A DNA stretch of 35,141 bases, taken from NCBI GenBank assembly GCA_044356455.1, contig JBIKWF010000037.1, positions 1-35,141 on the forward strand, in the 5' to 3' direction. Each line of letters starts with the position of its first letter. Position 1 is the first letter of the stretch. Position numbers and translations under genes: made by a program. The notes below the pieces were generated by a model. It made no database searches. It was not told the DNA's origin and saw only the letters and a list, made by a program, of their open reading frames with translations. This document shows positions 27,376 to 35,141 of the stretch, piece after piece. Source of the stretch: Bdellovibrionota bacterium. GTDB taxonomy: Bacteria > Bdellovibrionota_C > UBA2361 > JBGSMV01.

Positions 27376-29907
27376 CTATCTTTCTCCAGCACTCTCTCCC
27401 TTAAGCGCAATCACCGAGTCCATCAATCTCAAGAATTCACTGCGAAGTCCCGAGCTATCATCTCCCCGAGCACTCTCCGCGATGCGGCGCACTTCACGCA
27501 GAGAGTACCCAGTTGCATAACGGCTCTCGCGAAGCACCTGGCCAAAAAGAGCAACCGAGGCGGCGAAGCGGAAATCCTGAGAAGCTTCGCTAAACTCAGT
27601 TCCTTTCGGTGTGGCAAGAGGGAAGCTAAGCTCCTTCGAGATTTCACCTTCAGGCTCCTTGTAGCGAATCCTAAGGAATCCAAGCTCTGCCGCATGATCC
27701 TCATTCACCTTTATTTGCTCAGGCCGCTGATAACGCGACCCTTGAAGTGAGTCAGGCTCAATCGGAGAAGAGGCAAGCAAAACCTCGTAGATAGCCGTTA
27801 CTTGATGTCCAAGTCCAAGCTCGCCTGCGTCCTTTGCGTCATTGGTGAAGTCCTCTTTATTAAGTTTGCGATTATCAAACCCAATCAGACGATACTCCTT
27901 AACTTGGCGCGGATTGAACTCAACCTGGAGCTTCACGTCTTTAGCGGCCACCTGCATATTCGCAACAAGGTCTTTCTTAAGGACCTTCTCGGCTTCTTGA
28001 AACGAATCAATGTAGAAGAAGTTGCCGTTACCTTTGTTGGCAAGCTGCTCCATCATGTGCTCATTGATATTCCCCGTCCCAAAGCCAAGAGTAGTTAGCG
28101 TAATGCCAGTCTTGCGCTTGGCTTCAATCATATTCACGAGCTCGCTAAAGGAAGTCGTGCCTACGTTGAAGTCGCCGTCCGTAGCAAGAACTACGCGATT
28201 CACTCCGCCCTTTACAAAGCTTTGGCGGGCAAGGGCATAAGCCGCTTCGATTCCGCCGCTCCCATTTGTAGAGCCGCCCGCGCCGAGTCTTGAGATAACA
28301 TCAAGAATGCGCGCCTTGTCGCGGCCAAGGGTTGGCTCAAGAGCTACGCCCGTAGTTCCTGCGTAAGTGACAATTGCTACCTGATCGTCCGGGCGCATAT
28401 TCTCGGTCAATACCTTAAGGCTCTGCCGAACGAGCGGCAGTTTATTAGGCTCATCCATCGACCCTGAGACATCGACTAAGAAGACCAAGTTCCAAGGGGT
28501 AGATTGCTGGCTCGAAGCCTTCTTCGTCGTTACACCAAAACGCACCAGGTGGCGGTTCTTATCAAAGGGCGAGGGCGCAATTTCGTAGTCCACGCCAAGC
28601 GGCGCATCGGAAGGCGTCTTGTAACCATAAGGGAAATAGTTCACATACTCCTCAATCCGCACCGCGTCCGCGGGAGGAAGAGACCCACCCGATACAAAGC
28701 GACGAAGGTTAGAGTAGCTGCCTGTATCTACATCGGCAGAGAAAGTTGAGAACGACTGGGTTTGTACGGCTACTCGTACGTTCTCTTCATAACTTCCGTA
28801 GCGCTCGGTATTCTGTGCGGAGGGCATTGGAACCGCTGCGTAGGGCGCGAGGCCAGGCGCTGGGGCTTGTAGAGCAAGCGGAGCCTCTGCTCCGGCAAAT
28901 CCTTGTCCGCGTCCCAAGCCCGCAGCAGCAGATGCGCCTTCGCGGGCTTTGGATGGAGCGGTGCTGGTACTTCCGATAACGGAGGCCTCCGTCTCAGACA
29001 TCCTTTCAAGTACACCCTTAAACTTTTGGGCTGTTTCTTTCTCAAATTGCTGCTGTCTAACCTCAGCATCGGTGACCCCTGAGTCGTTGAGCACAGGCTG
29101 TAGAGGTTCGTTCTGACCTCCCTTTACTACGGCTAGCGGGGCGGAATTAAACCGGGTGAGTAGGTCCGAATATCTCTCTTCAGTTTGAGGGGCGGCCTTA
29201 GCGCGAGAAGAATCCTTTCGCGCTGGCTCCTCAAGGGGCGCCGAGGCGGCTGGGGCGTCTTCTTTCTTATCTTTGCTCAAAGAATCCAAGGCGCCGAGCA
29301 AGGAGTTAACTCCGGAAGATATGCGCGTATCATTATATTTTATCTCACTACTTGGATTCGCCGCCGCCTCAGATCTTCCCTCGGGGGAAGTACTTGCCAC
29401 GCCCTGAGAGTTGTAAAAGGTTCCAAGCTGGCTTCGCATAACGAACAGCGCAAGTGCAGCCGTGCAAAATCCGGAGGCGAACCTAAGGTTTCGCCTTAGA
29501 ATAGAAAAGAGACCCGCAAAAAGTAGTAGCATCATGAGAAGGGCGCCGAGCCCTCCTTCTGCAACAATCAGAAGCCTGGTCATCGTTTCAGGACTTGCCA
29601 AGAGAATTCCCCCGCCAAGTCCCACAAGCAAGAGAGCCACTAACAGTTTGCGAGTCTTCATAAACAACCTTTCCTTTTTCACTAAACCAACTGCATAAAC
29701 CTGAGACATAACCTGAGCACTAAAAGCAGAGTCGAGCTTCGCATCAACCTGCGATGCTGACTTAAGGGCCTCAAAAACTTGGCACGCGTCCTCATACTCG
29801 CGCTTAAGAGAAGCCGAAGCTTCGAGTTTCGCACGAAGAGCGGACGCCTCGCCTGGATTCATTCCACCACTCCAGAGCTGGAAGAACATGTCATTCTGGG
29901 CGCTCAT
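27376..29907 (-). CDS. YfbK-like vWA protein with N-terminal anti-sigma-like and TM region
   Basis: STFSADVDTGSY, VRIEEYVNYF, MIDAS DVSGSM, LATDGDFNVG, YRLIGFDNR, DFRFAASVA; three N-terminal TM helices. Confidence 0.9.
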   Translation of the reverse strand: MSAQNDMFFQLWSGGMNPGEASALRAKLEASASLKREYEDACQVFEALKSASQVDAKLDSAFSAQVMSQVYAVGLVKKERLFMKTRKLLVALLLVGLGGGILLASPETMTRLLIVAEGGLGALLMMLLLFAGLFSILRRNLRFASGFCTAALALFVMRSQLGTFYNSQGVASTSPEGRSEAAANPSSEIKYNDTRISSGVNSLLGALDSLSKDKKEDAPAASAPLEEPARKDSSRAKAAPQTEERYSDLLTRFNSAPLAVVKGGQNEPLQPVLNDSGVTDAEVRQQQFEKETAQKFKGVLERMSETEASVIGSTSTAPSKAREGASAAAGLGRGQGFAGAEAPLALQAPAPGLAPYAAVPMPSAQNTERYGSYEENVRVAVQTQSFSTFSADVDTGSYSNLRRFVSGGSLPPADAVRIEEYVNYFPYGYKTPSDAPLGVDYEIAPSPFDKNRHLVRFGVTTKKASSQQSTPWNLVFLVDVSGSMDEPNKLPLVRQSLKVLTENMRPDDQVAIVTYAGTTGVALEPTLGRDKARILDVISRLGAGGSTNGSGGIEAAYALARQSFVKGGVNRVVLATDGDFNVGTTSFSELVNMIEAKRKTGITLTTLGFGTGNINEHMMEQLANKGNGNFFYIDSFQEAEKVLKKDLVANMQVAAKDVKLQVEFNPRQVKEYRLIGFDNRKLNKEDFTNDAKDAGELGLGHQVTAIYEVLLASSPIEPDSLQGSRYQRPEQIKVNEDHAAELGFLRIRYKEPEGEISKELSFPLATPKGTEFSEASQDFRFAASVALFGQVLRESRYATGYSLREVRRIAESARGDDSSGLRSEFLRLMDSVIALKGESAGER

Positions 29908-30476
29908 ATCGCACCTCCATCAGAGAGCTTCTTTTTGAGTAGGCCGATGGCCTTATGGAATCGGGAGGCCACGGTGCCGACAGGGATGCCGAGCGTCTTT
30001 GCAACCTGTTCACGAGGCTGCTCTTCGAGAGCGAGAAGGGCTACGACGTCCCGGTATTTTGCGGGAAGAGTAGAAATTGCCGCTCGTACTTTTGTAGCTT
30101 GATTCTCGGTAGTGGTGTCTGGCGGGGTGGACGCGATGTCATGGCGTTCCGGGGTGAACTCTTCAGAAGCCAGGCTTTGCTTGTAGCTTTTCGACTCAAA
30201 GTAAGAACTCGTCACGTTGAGCGCTATGCGAGTCAGCCAGGTGCTAAGCGCGCTCTCGGCCCTAAAAGTATGGAGAGACTTGTAGGCCTTAACAAACGTT
30301 TCCTGCGCCAAGTCCCGAGCCGTCGCTTGATTCCCCACTTGCCGGAGAATCACGCCGTACACCTGGTTTTGATATTGTTCCACAATCACAGAAAACTCCT
30401 CGGTCGCACCCGCAGTAATGCGCTTAATCAAAGCAGCCTCGTCAGCAGCATCGATAACGCGTACAGGGTGAGCCAT
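29904..30476 (-). CDS. ECF sigma factor
   Basis: DLAQETFVKAY, STWLTRIALN, LGIPVGTVASR. Confidence 0.93.
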   Translation of the reverse strand: MAHPVRVIDAADEAALIKRITAGATEEFSVIVEQYQNQVYGVILRQVGNQATARDLAQETFVKAYKSLHTFRAESALSTWLTRIALNVTSSYFESKSYKQSLASEEFTPERHDIASTPPDTTTENQATKVRAAISTLPAKYRDVVALLALEEQPREQVAKTLGIPVGTVASRFHKAIGLLKKKLSDGGAI

Positions 30477-30508
30477 GAGTGATATCTCTACTTCAACTCG
30501 TTCGGGGA

Positions 30509-30536
30509 TTAGACCGGGGGAGGGGGCTGGTTTTTC
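30509..30536 (-). promoter_or_regulatory. Possible ECF-type autoregulatory promoter
   Basis: Minus strand GAAAAAC-15 bp-GTCTAA, 32 bp upstream of the sigma start. Confidence 0.3.
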
Positions 30537-30585
30537 ATTTTTCTTTGAGGGGCTGAGGTGAATAGGTTCAGGGGGTTATGCGGAT

Positions 30586-30964
30586 TCCGGCGCGTCCTAC
30601 CTTGGAGTTCGGCATCTAGGTAGGGCGCCCTGTCCCCAGGGCGCCGCAAGATCTCTCGTCCTGGCACGTGGCCGATATTTGTCCATCTGACTGATCGCGA
30701 AATCGCAACCGTCTGTGGAAGTCCCGCGGCATTTGATTCGGCACGCCGGGGACGGCGCGCCCTACCTAGGGGTTTGGCATCTTGGTAGGGCGCCCTGTTC
30801 CGTCTCTGCCAGTAGGCGGCGCCGCGACAAGCCCCAGGGCGCCGCATGATCTCCGGTCCTGGCACCTGGCCTATATTTGTCCACCGAACTGATTGCGAGA
30901 AAGAAACGGTCCGCGGATGCCCCGCGGCATTTGTTTCGGCGCCCTGGGGACAGGACGCCCTACC
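30586..30964. repeat. REP/REPIN tandem array 2
   Basis: REPs at 30620(+), 30739-30766(-), 30785(+), 30937-30964(-); spacers homologous to array 1. Confidence 0.9.
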
Positions 30965-31011
30965 TTGCGGTGCACCATCTTGGTGCGGCACTGGTGGAGA
31001 ACCGTCTCCCA

Positions 31012-31383
31012 CTATTTCTCATCCCCCGAAAGAGTCTCCCCCGCGGACTTCAAAGTCTCCCCCACAGCCTGCTTGGTAGATTTATAAGCACGCGAAATAG
31101 CCTTCCCGGCTCTATCAAGCTCCACACCCGCGGTCTCCGCAGCGACGTCAACATTTCGCCCAATTTTCGCCCCTACACTTTCATTTGTTGGGGGACGAGT
31201 AGGGACCGGGCCGGAAAGGTCGGGGGTTAGCTCAGCGCTTTGCTCGGCTGCGCTCGCTTGAGGCTTCCAGTCGGCGGGAAGCTCAGATTCTTTACTTGAT
31301 GATGAGCGGCTCGAGCACGAAGCCGCAAGCGCAATAGTAAGAGCTAAGCCAGCAACAATCGCATAGGTGCCAAAACGGGTCAT
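31012..31383 (-). CDS. Putative lipoprotein
   Basis: GGAGG RBS, signal peptide ending AASC, Ser/Pro-rich linker, amphipathic helices. Confidence 0.7.
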   Translation of the reverse strand: MTRFGTYAIVAGLALTIALAASCSSRSSSSKESELPADWKPQASAAEQSAELTPDLSGPVPTRPPTNESVGAKIGRNVDVAAETAGVELDRAGKAISRAYKSTKQAVGETLKSAGETLSGDEK

Positions 31384-31528
31384 AGGAGCCTCCTTGGGAG
31401 CATAATTCTATGAACGTGTTAGCTATAAATGCTGCCTGGCACAAGTTGCAGAGTACGTGCCGTGCGAAGGTAGTAGGGTGCGGCGACCCCCGGTGATTGC
31501 TATACATAGCAAAAGAGGCAAGGGGCTT

Positions 31529-32032
31529 ATGATGAGGAAAGAACAAGAGGTAAGTTTACGAGCGCTTGCGTTTGTCCCTAAGTTGATTTGGTGCGCCATG
31601 TTTTCAGGCGTGGGAGTGCTAACCTTTGTTATGTTCGTTCTGCCTAAGGGCAACTCCGCTCAAATTAGCACACCATCTGCTCCCACGAGTCTCTCAGAGC
31701 CACTTACGGTCGTCGCCGCAGTCCTTTCGCTCCTCGTTCTGTGGCTCCGTTCAAGACTCGTGAGCGGGCGAGGGCTTGGGCCTCCCCAGCAGAGCTCCGT
31801 AGTGGCTTCTTCCGCCGACGAGGCCCAGCAGACAAAGCGTAGAGCCGCTCAGCTCTTGCCTCTATTTATCGTAGCCTGCGCTCTCAGCGAGGCGATCTCA
31901 ATTCTTGGATTTATGGTCGCCCATCATTCCAAGGACCCGGAGCAAATGGTGCCATTCGTCGCAGCGTCAGCGGTGCTCTTTCTATCCCTATTTCCGAATA
32001 TCCCCCGCTGGGCTGGCGCTTCTCGGGAGTAG
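31529..32032 (+). CDS. Hypothetical membrane protein (about 4 TM)
   Basis: Hydrophobic segments, ALSEAISILG motif. Confidence 0.65.
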   Translation: MMRKEQEVSLRALAFVPKLIWCAMFSGVGVLTFVMFVLPKGNSAQISTPSAPTSLSEPLTVVAAVLSLLVLWLRSRLVSGRGLGPPQQSSVVASSADEAQQTKRRAAQLLPLFIVACALSEAISILGFMVAHHSKDPEQMVPFVAASAVLFLSLFPNIPRWAGASRE

Positions 32033-32112
32033 GCACGTATGAAAGAACCTTATAGCTCTCGTTTGCGCCTAGAGCCTCTTCCCCTTTAGCGCTCACTCTT
32101 TAAGCGGTTAGC

Positions 32113-32565
32113 TTAAGTGCGTTTTGCCGCGCGGCGCAGTTGTATGAGGTCCAGTTTATCTTTACTGCGACCCGCTGCTTTCTTAGTTTTTATCAGGTCA
32201 GCCAGGGAAAGGACGTTGCACCGAGTTCCCAAGATCGAAATCCGCTTCCGCCGTAGCCAAGCATCTGGAAACGCTACTCCCTTTACTGAGGTAAGAATGT
32301 CGACGCGGTTTGGTGGGATACCTATCTGAAAAAAGTATCCCTCTTGGGCGAAGTCGCCAGGTGTTTAACGGGAAAGCGGCGCACCAAAGATCTTCAGAGC
32401 TGAAAATAGTCGCTCAGAATTCTTCGGGCTAGCCTCGACAAGCAAGTCGATGTCCCCAGTGTAGCGCGGCTCGGTGTAGAAAATGACCGCATATCCACCT
32501 ATCAGGAGATATTTAACGCGGTAGTCGTTTAAGAGCGACAATAGATCTTTGAAGTCTGAGCTCAT
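32113..32565 (-). pseudogene. Nucleotidyltransferase-fold protein interrupted by an in-frame TAA
   Basis: IGGYAV, PRYTGDIDL; after TAA (32365-32367) the same frame continues TPGDF...PPNRVDILT...KKAAGRSKDKLDL. Confidence 0.85.
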
Positions 32566-32734
32566 GTGGCTTCATCCCGCGCATAAGAAAAGGTAGCATG
32601 GCAAGCTCCCAAGCCTTTGCAAACCGCGCGTTGGCACCAAGCCTACCCCAGAATGCCAAATCGAAGTCGCTCCCATCTTGCCCCAGTTTGAGTCTTCGAA
32701 TGCTAGGTTTCTTTTTGCGAGTTCGATGCAGCAT
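32513..32734 (-). CDS. Small partner of the nucleotidyltransferase (putative TA-like pair)
   Basis: 73 aa, D..FW...WEL...RLQRS, overlaps the NTase start. Confidence 0.55.
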   Translation of the reverse strand: MLHRTRKKKPSIRRLKLGQDGSDFDLAFWGRLGANARFAKAWELAMLPFLMRGMKPHELRLQRSIVALKRLPR

Positions 32735-32830
32735 TACTTGAGGATACCGTCATTACAGTCTCTTTGCTAGCACAGATATCAATCGACCTGTTAGGAAGGT
32801 GAAATCGTTGGGTTTGAAGCGGTCTGAGTC

Positions 32831-33277
32831 CTACCACTTGGAAAGTCGACTATACGTCTCCTTCACGCGCGCCATAAAATCTTGGCAGTTATTCTTGAAG
32901 AAATTGTAAGGACCAGCGTCTCCAATTCTCCTCAAAGTTTCCCTCATCGCGGTGCCGTCATAACAACGCTCGTCAAAACGGTAGTTTTGGCTTTCAACAT
33001 CTTCCTGAAAGAGCCCCTGGGGACTAAAGCCGACATTGTCCTTCGACTGCTCAAAAAAGATGTGCTCATGCGCTATCTCAAGATTGTGCCTATCCAAATA
33101 CGACCCGTCATTCTTCGATAATATCCCGAGCCAAGGAGCCCATGAGAGTGAGCGCTTCCCAATTTTGGCGCACTCACAATACTGCGGATCTTGCGGAGGA
33201 GGGGGCTCTCCCGGAGTGGGGGAAGTTTGAGGATTTGACTGATACACAGGCTGTTTGGTGTTCACTTCTACTGCCAT
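32831..33277 (-). CDS. Possible permuted papain-like (PPPDE/LRAT-type) protein
   Basis: His segment HEHIFF precedes YNFFKNNCQDF; GGAG RBS. Confidence 0.55.
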   Translation of the reverse strand: MAVEVNTKQPVYQSNPQTSPTPGEPPPPQDPQYCECAKIGKRSLSWAPWLGILSKNDGSYLDRHNLEIAHEHIFFEQSKDNVGFSPQGLFQEDVESQNYRFDERCYDGTAMRETLRRIGDAGPYNFFKNNCQDFMARVKETYSRLSKW

Positions 33278-33389
33278 ACACTATCTCCCTAATAAAGGCG
33301 GCGAGACCTTTATCGGAGAATCAATGGTAAAGTTTCGTGGCACCGCCGCAGCATCAGGGCGCAGCCAGAATGTAAGGAGGTTCGGTGAT

Positions 33390-33728
33390 TTACCTTCTCT
33401 TTGATCCCGTAGCCCGGCTTCCTTTCCCCCTCATTGTTTGTCCTGACTCCTTTGAACGAGTCGGCTTTAGCTCTTGGTTAAGCCGCTCGGACAGAAATGC
33501 CTTCATGAGGGACTGGTAGGGCACATCACTTTTGTTTGCGAGAACCTTTAGCGCAGCTAGCATGGATTCGGGCAATCGGAGTGAAATGGTGCGGGTCGAG
33601 GGCTTAAGCTTTGGGAATATCCCTATATGCCTCTTAGACCAATCAATTAGATCTGTTGAATCATGTTGTGCCCAGAAGGCTTGTTCAGCTGCTTCAGTTG
33701 GAAAATGGGGGAGCTTCTTAGGCGCCAT
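33390..33728 (-). CDS. BrnA/CopG-type antitoxin
   Basis: FW..HDSTD.IDW, FPKLKPST.TISLRLP, DVPYQSLMK. Confidence 0.85.
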   Translation of the reverse strand: MAPKKLPHFPTEAAEQAFWAQHDSTDLIDWSKRHIGIFPKLKPSTRTISLRLPESMLAALKVLANKSDVPYQSLMKAFLSERLNQELKPTRSKESGQTMRGKGSRATGSKRR

Positions 33729-33795
33729 ATATGTTTCTCTCCTTGCGGTTCATTTCGCGGGCGGAAATGATTCGGATTCTACCGTTGCGCATTAG
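33718..33795 (-). pseudogene. C-terminal remnant of BrnT toxin
   Basis: Reads RNGRIRIISAREMNRKERNIYGA*, overlapping the antitoxin start. Confidence 0.8.
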
Positions 33796-33812
33796 GGAAT
33801 TAAACAGAGAAT

Positions 33813-34268
33813 TTAGGAATACGGCCCCTCAAACCAAGCCAGATGCCCCCACGCATCCCGAGAAGGTACCAACCCGGCTCGAACAGGATTGTCGAGCACG
33901 TATTCGATTTTGTGCTGAAGTTGTAGGTTGTTTCGGATGCGGTGTTCGAAGAAGCGCCTTTGCCAAGGTATTTTAAGTTCCCTCGCAAGCCAGCCCTTGA
34001 AATAACGAATGGTCTCCTCGGGCACAGTCTGCCCATAGAGAACCATGTGGATATGGTCGGGCATGATAAGAATTAACAAGCATCCCCAGGCATGTTTCTC
34101 GTGATAGTGCCGCGCAGCCTCCAATATCCTTGGCGCCACGTGAGGCTGAATCAGGAGGGTCGTCCCGCGTGGCTTCGCGCAAACGGTAACAAAGAAGAAG
34201 TGCAGGGAGTTTGATAAAAACCAAGGAAGTGCATGATTTAGGGGCTTTCTCTCGGGGAGTTGTGCCAT
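33813..34268 (-). CDS. REP-associated tyrosine transposase (RAYT, HUH/Y1)
   Basis: FFVT, MPDHIH, WQRRFFEHRIR, YVLDNPVRAGLV; REP doublet directly upstream. Confidence 0.9.
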   Translation of the reverse strand: MAQLPERKPLNHALPWFLSNSLHFFFVTVCAKPRGTTLLIQPHVAPRILEAARHYHEKHAWGCLLILIMPDHIHMVLYGQTVPEETIRYFKGWLARELKIPWQRRFFEHRIRNNLQLQHKIEYVLDNPVRAGLVPSRDAWGHLAWFEGPYS

Positions 34269-34327
34269 AACGAATTCTGAGTTGAAGTTACAGGGGTTAT
34301 CGAGCCCCGCCCAAAAAAGTTTCGCCC

Positions 34328-34467
34328 GGTAGGGCGCGCCGTCCCCGGCGTGCCGTGCAATGTTTCGGGCTGCCCTAATGATTTGTGTCTGCCGCCAAAC
34401 GGGAATGTTGCGGTGGCCACGTTGGCGGGATTGTTTATTCGGCACGCCGGGGACGGCGCGCCCTACC
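34328..34467. repeat. Inverted REP doublet upstream of RAYT
   Basis: GGTAGGGCGCGCCGTCCCCGGCGTGCCG (34328-34355) and exact reverse complement (34440-34467), 84-bp spacer. Confidence 0.92.
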
Positions 34468-34480
34468 GAGATTGGTGAAT

Positions 34481-35011
34481 ATGATAGGGAGAAGGATCCG
34501 GCCGTTGCTATTAGGATTGGTTCTTTGCGGCACACTCTCCGCCTGCACCGAAACCCTCATCCGCCGCACCCCCGCCTCCGGCGTGCTCTCGAACACGACT
34601 CCAACCACGTCCTCATCGAAATCGTCCGGTACTTCATCTTCAGCCTCAGATCTTTCTGAGCTACAAGCAGAATTGGCCACGCTTCGCTCCCAGTATGAAA
34701 GCGATAGCAAAAGAGGGGAGATCCTCCGCCATCTCTCAGAGATTCGAATCGCACACCTAGAGGCCGTATCTGATTACCAAAATATTGGACTTTCAATTCT
34801 CGCAAAACGAGAAGACCTCAGCGAGGCTGAAGAGCGCATCATGTATTCCACGCTCTCAACTAAGGCCGCGGTAGTTCAGGCTCTCGCGGTGCGGGTTGTC
34901 TCAGCAATTGACGAAGCCCTTCCCCTTTTCGACCCTGATTCGGAAGATCATCAGGACCTCGAAGAGCTCAAAGAGTCCCTGCGGGTAAAACTCAGCAAAA
35001 CAGCCAGGTAG
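34481..35011 (+). CDS. Putative lipoprotein; stop codon lies in a REP GTAG
   Basis: Lipobox LSAC, Ser/Thr linker, helical domain. Confidence 0.7.
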   Translation: MIGRRIRPLLLGLVLCGTLSACTETLIRRTPASGVLSNTTPTTSSSKSSGTSSSASDLSELQAELATLRSQYESDSKRGEILRHLSEIRIAHLEAVSDYQNIGLSILAKREDLSEAEERIMYSTLSTKAAVVQALAVRVVSAIDEALPLFDPDSEDHQDLEELKESLRVKLSKTAR

Positions 35012-35069
35012 GGCGCGCCGTTCCGCCTCTGCCAGTAGGCGACGGCGCGACGCGCGCCCCGGCGTGCCG
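35007..35069 (+). repeat. REP with 35-bp insert in the loop
   Basis: GGTAGGGCGCGCCGT-[35022-35056]-CCCCGGCGTGCCG. Confidence 0.85.
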
Positions 35070-35141
35070 AAACAATTGTACGGTCCAATCCAAATGCGGC
35101 GGTAATAACGCAAACTTGGAGGTGGCGAAAAACGCACAACG

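Noticed and set aside
26817..30964. REP arrays as a CRISPR array
   Set aside because: Repeats alternate in orientation, spacers are homologous to each other, and no cas genes are present
34269..34535. N-terminal extension of the RAYT ORF
   Set aside because: Runs through the REP doublet; the RAYT-like sequence starts at ATG 34268

Overview
Bacterial chromosomal window; the host lineage cannot be determined from the sequence. Host genes include a tandem-GGDEF protein, a membrane methyltransferase, an AAA_14/DUF4143 ATPase, a CbpA-like J protein, pcm, a LysM-M23 lipoprotein, a general-stress cluster (YqjD/E/K-like, two YciF ferritin-like proteins, one fused to BON), TerC, an ArnT-like glycosyltransferase, and an ECF sigma with an anti-sigma-like vWA partner. 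The main accessory feature is a 6.7-kb element integrated in tRNA-Arg(CCT) and bounded by a perfect 46-bp direct repeat (9083-9128 / 15795-15840). It encodes an integrase, Xis/AlpA-like protein, stand-alone CHC2 finger, TOPRIM-helicase, DUF5681 TerS-like protein and two secreted cargo proteins, and looks like a minimal phage satellite. The window also has several small repeat families: (i) a RAYT transposase with GTAG-type REPs showing covarying stems, 165-bp tandem arrays bracketing the ECF-vWA operon, and a 33-35 bp insert nested in three REP loops; (ii) 8-9-bp-periodic CTCTGTG/CTCCGTG/CTTAGTG inverted elements; (iii) a CTAG-flanked MITE sitting on the shared stop codons of two convergent genes. 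Two toxin-antitoxin-like modules are decayed. All family assignments come from motifs read by eye; no database search was run.
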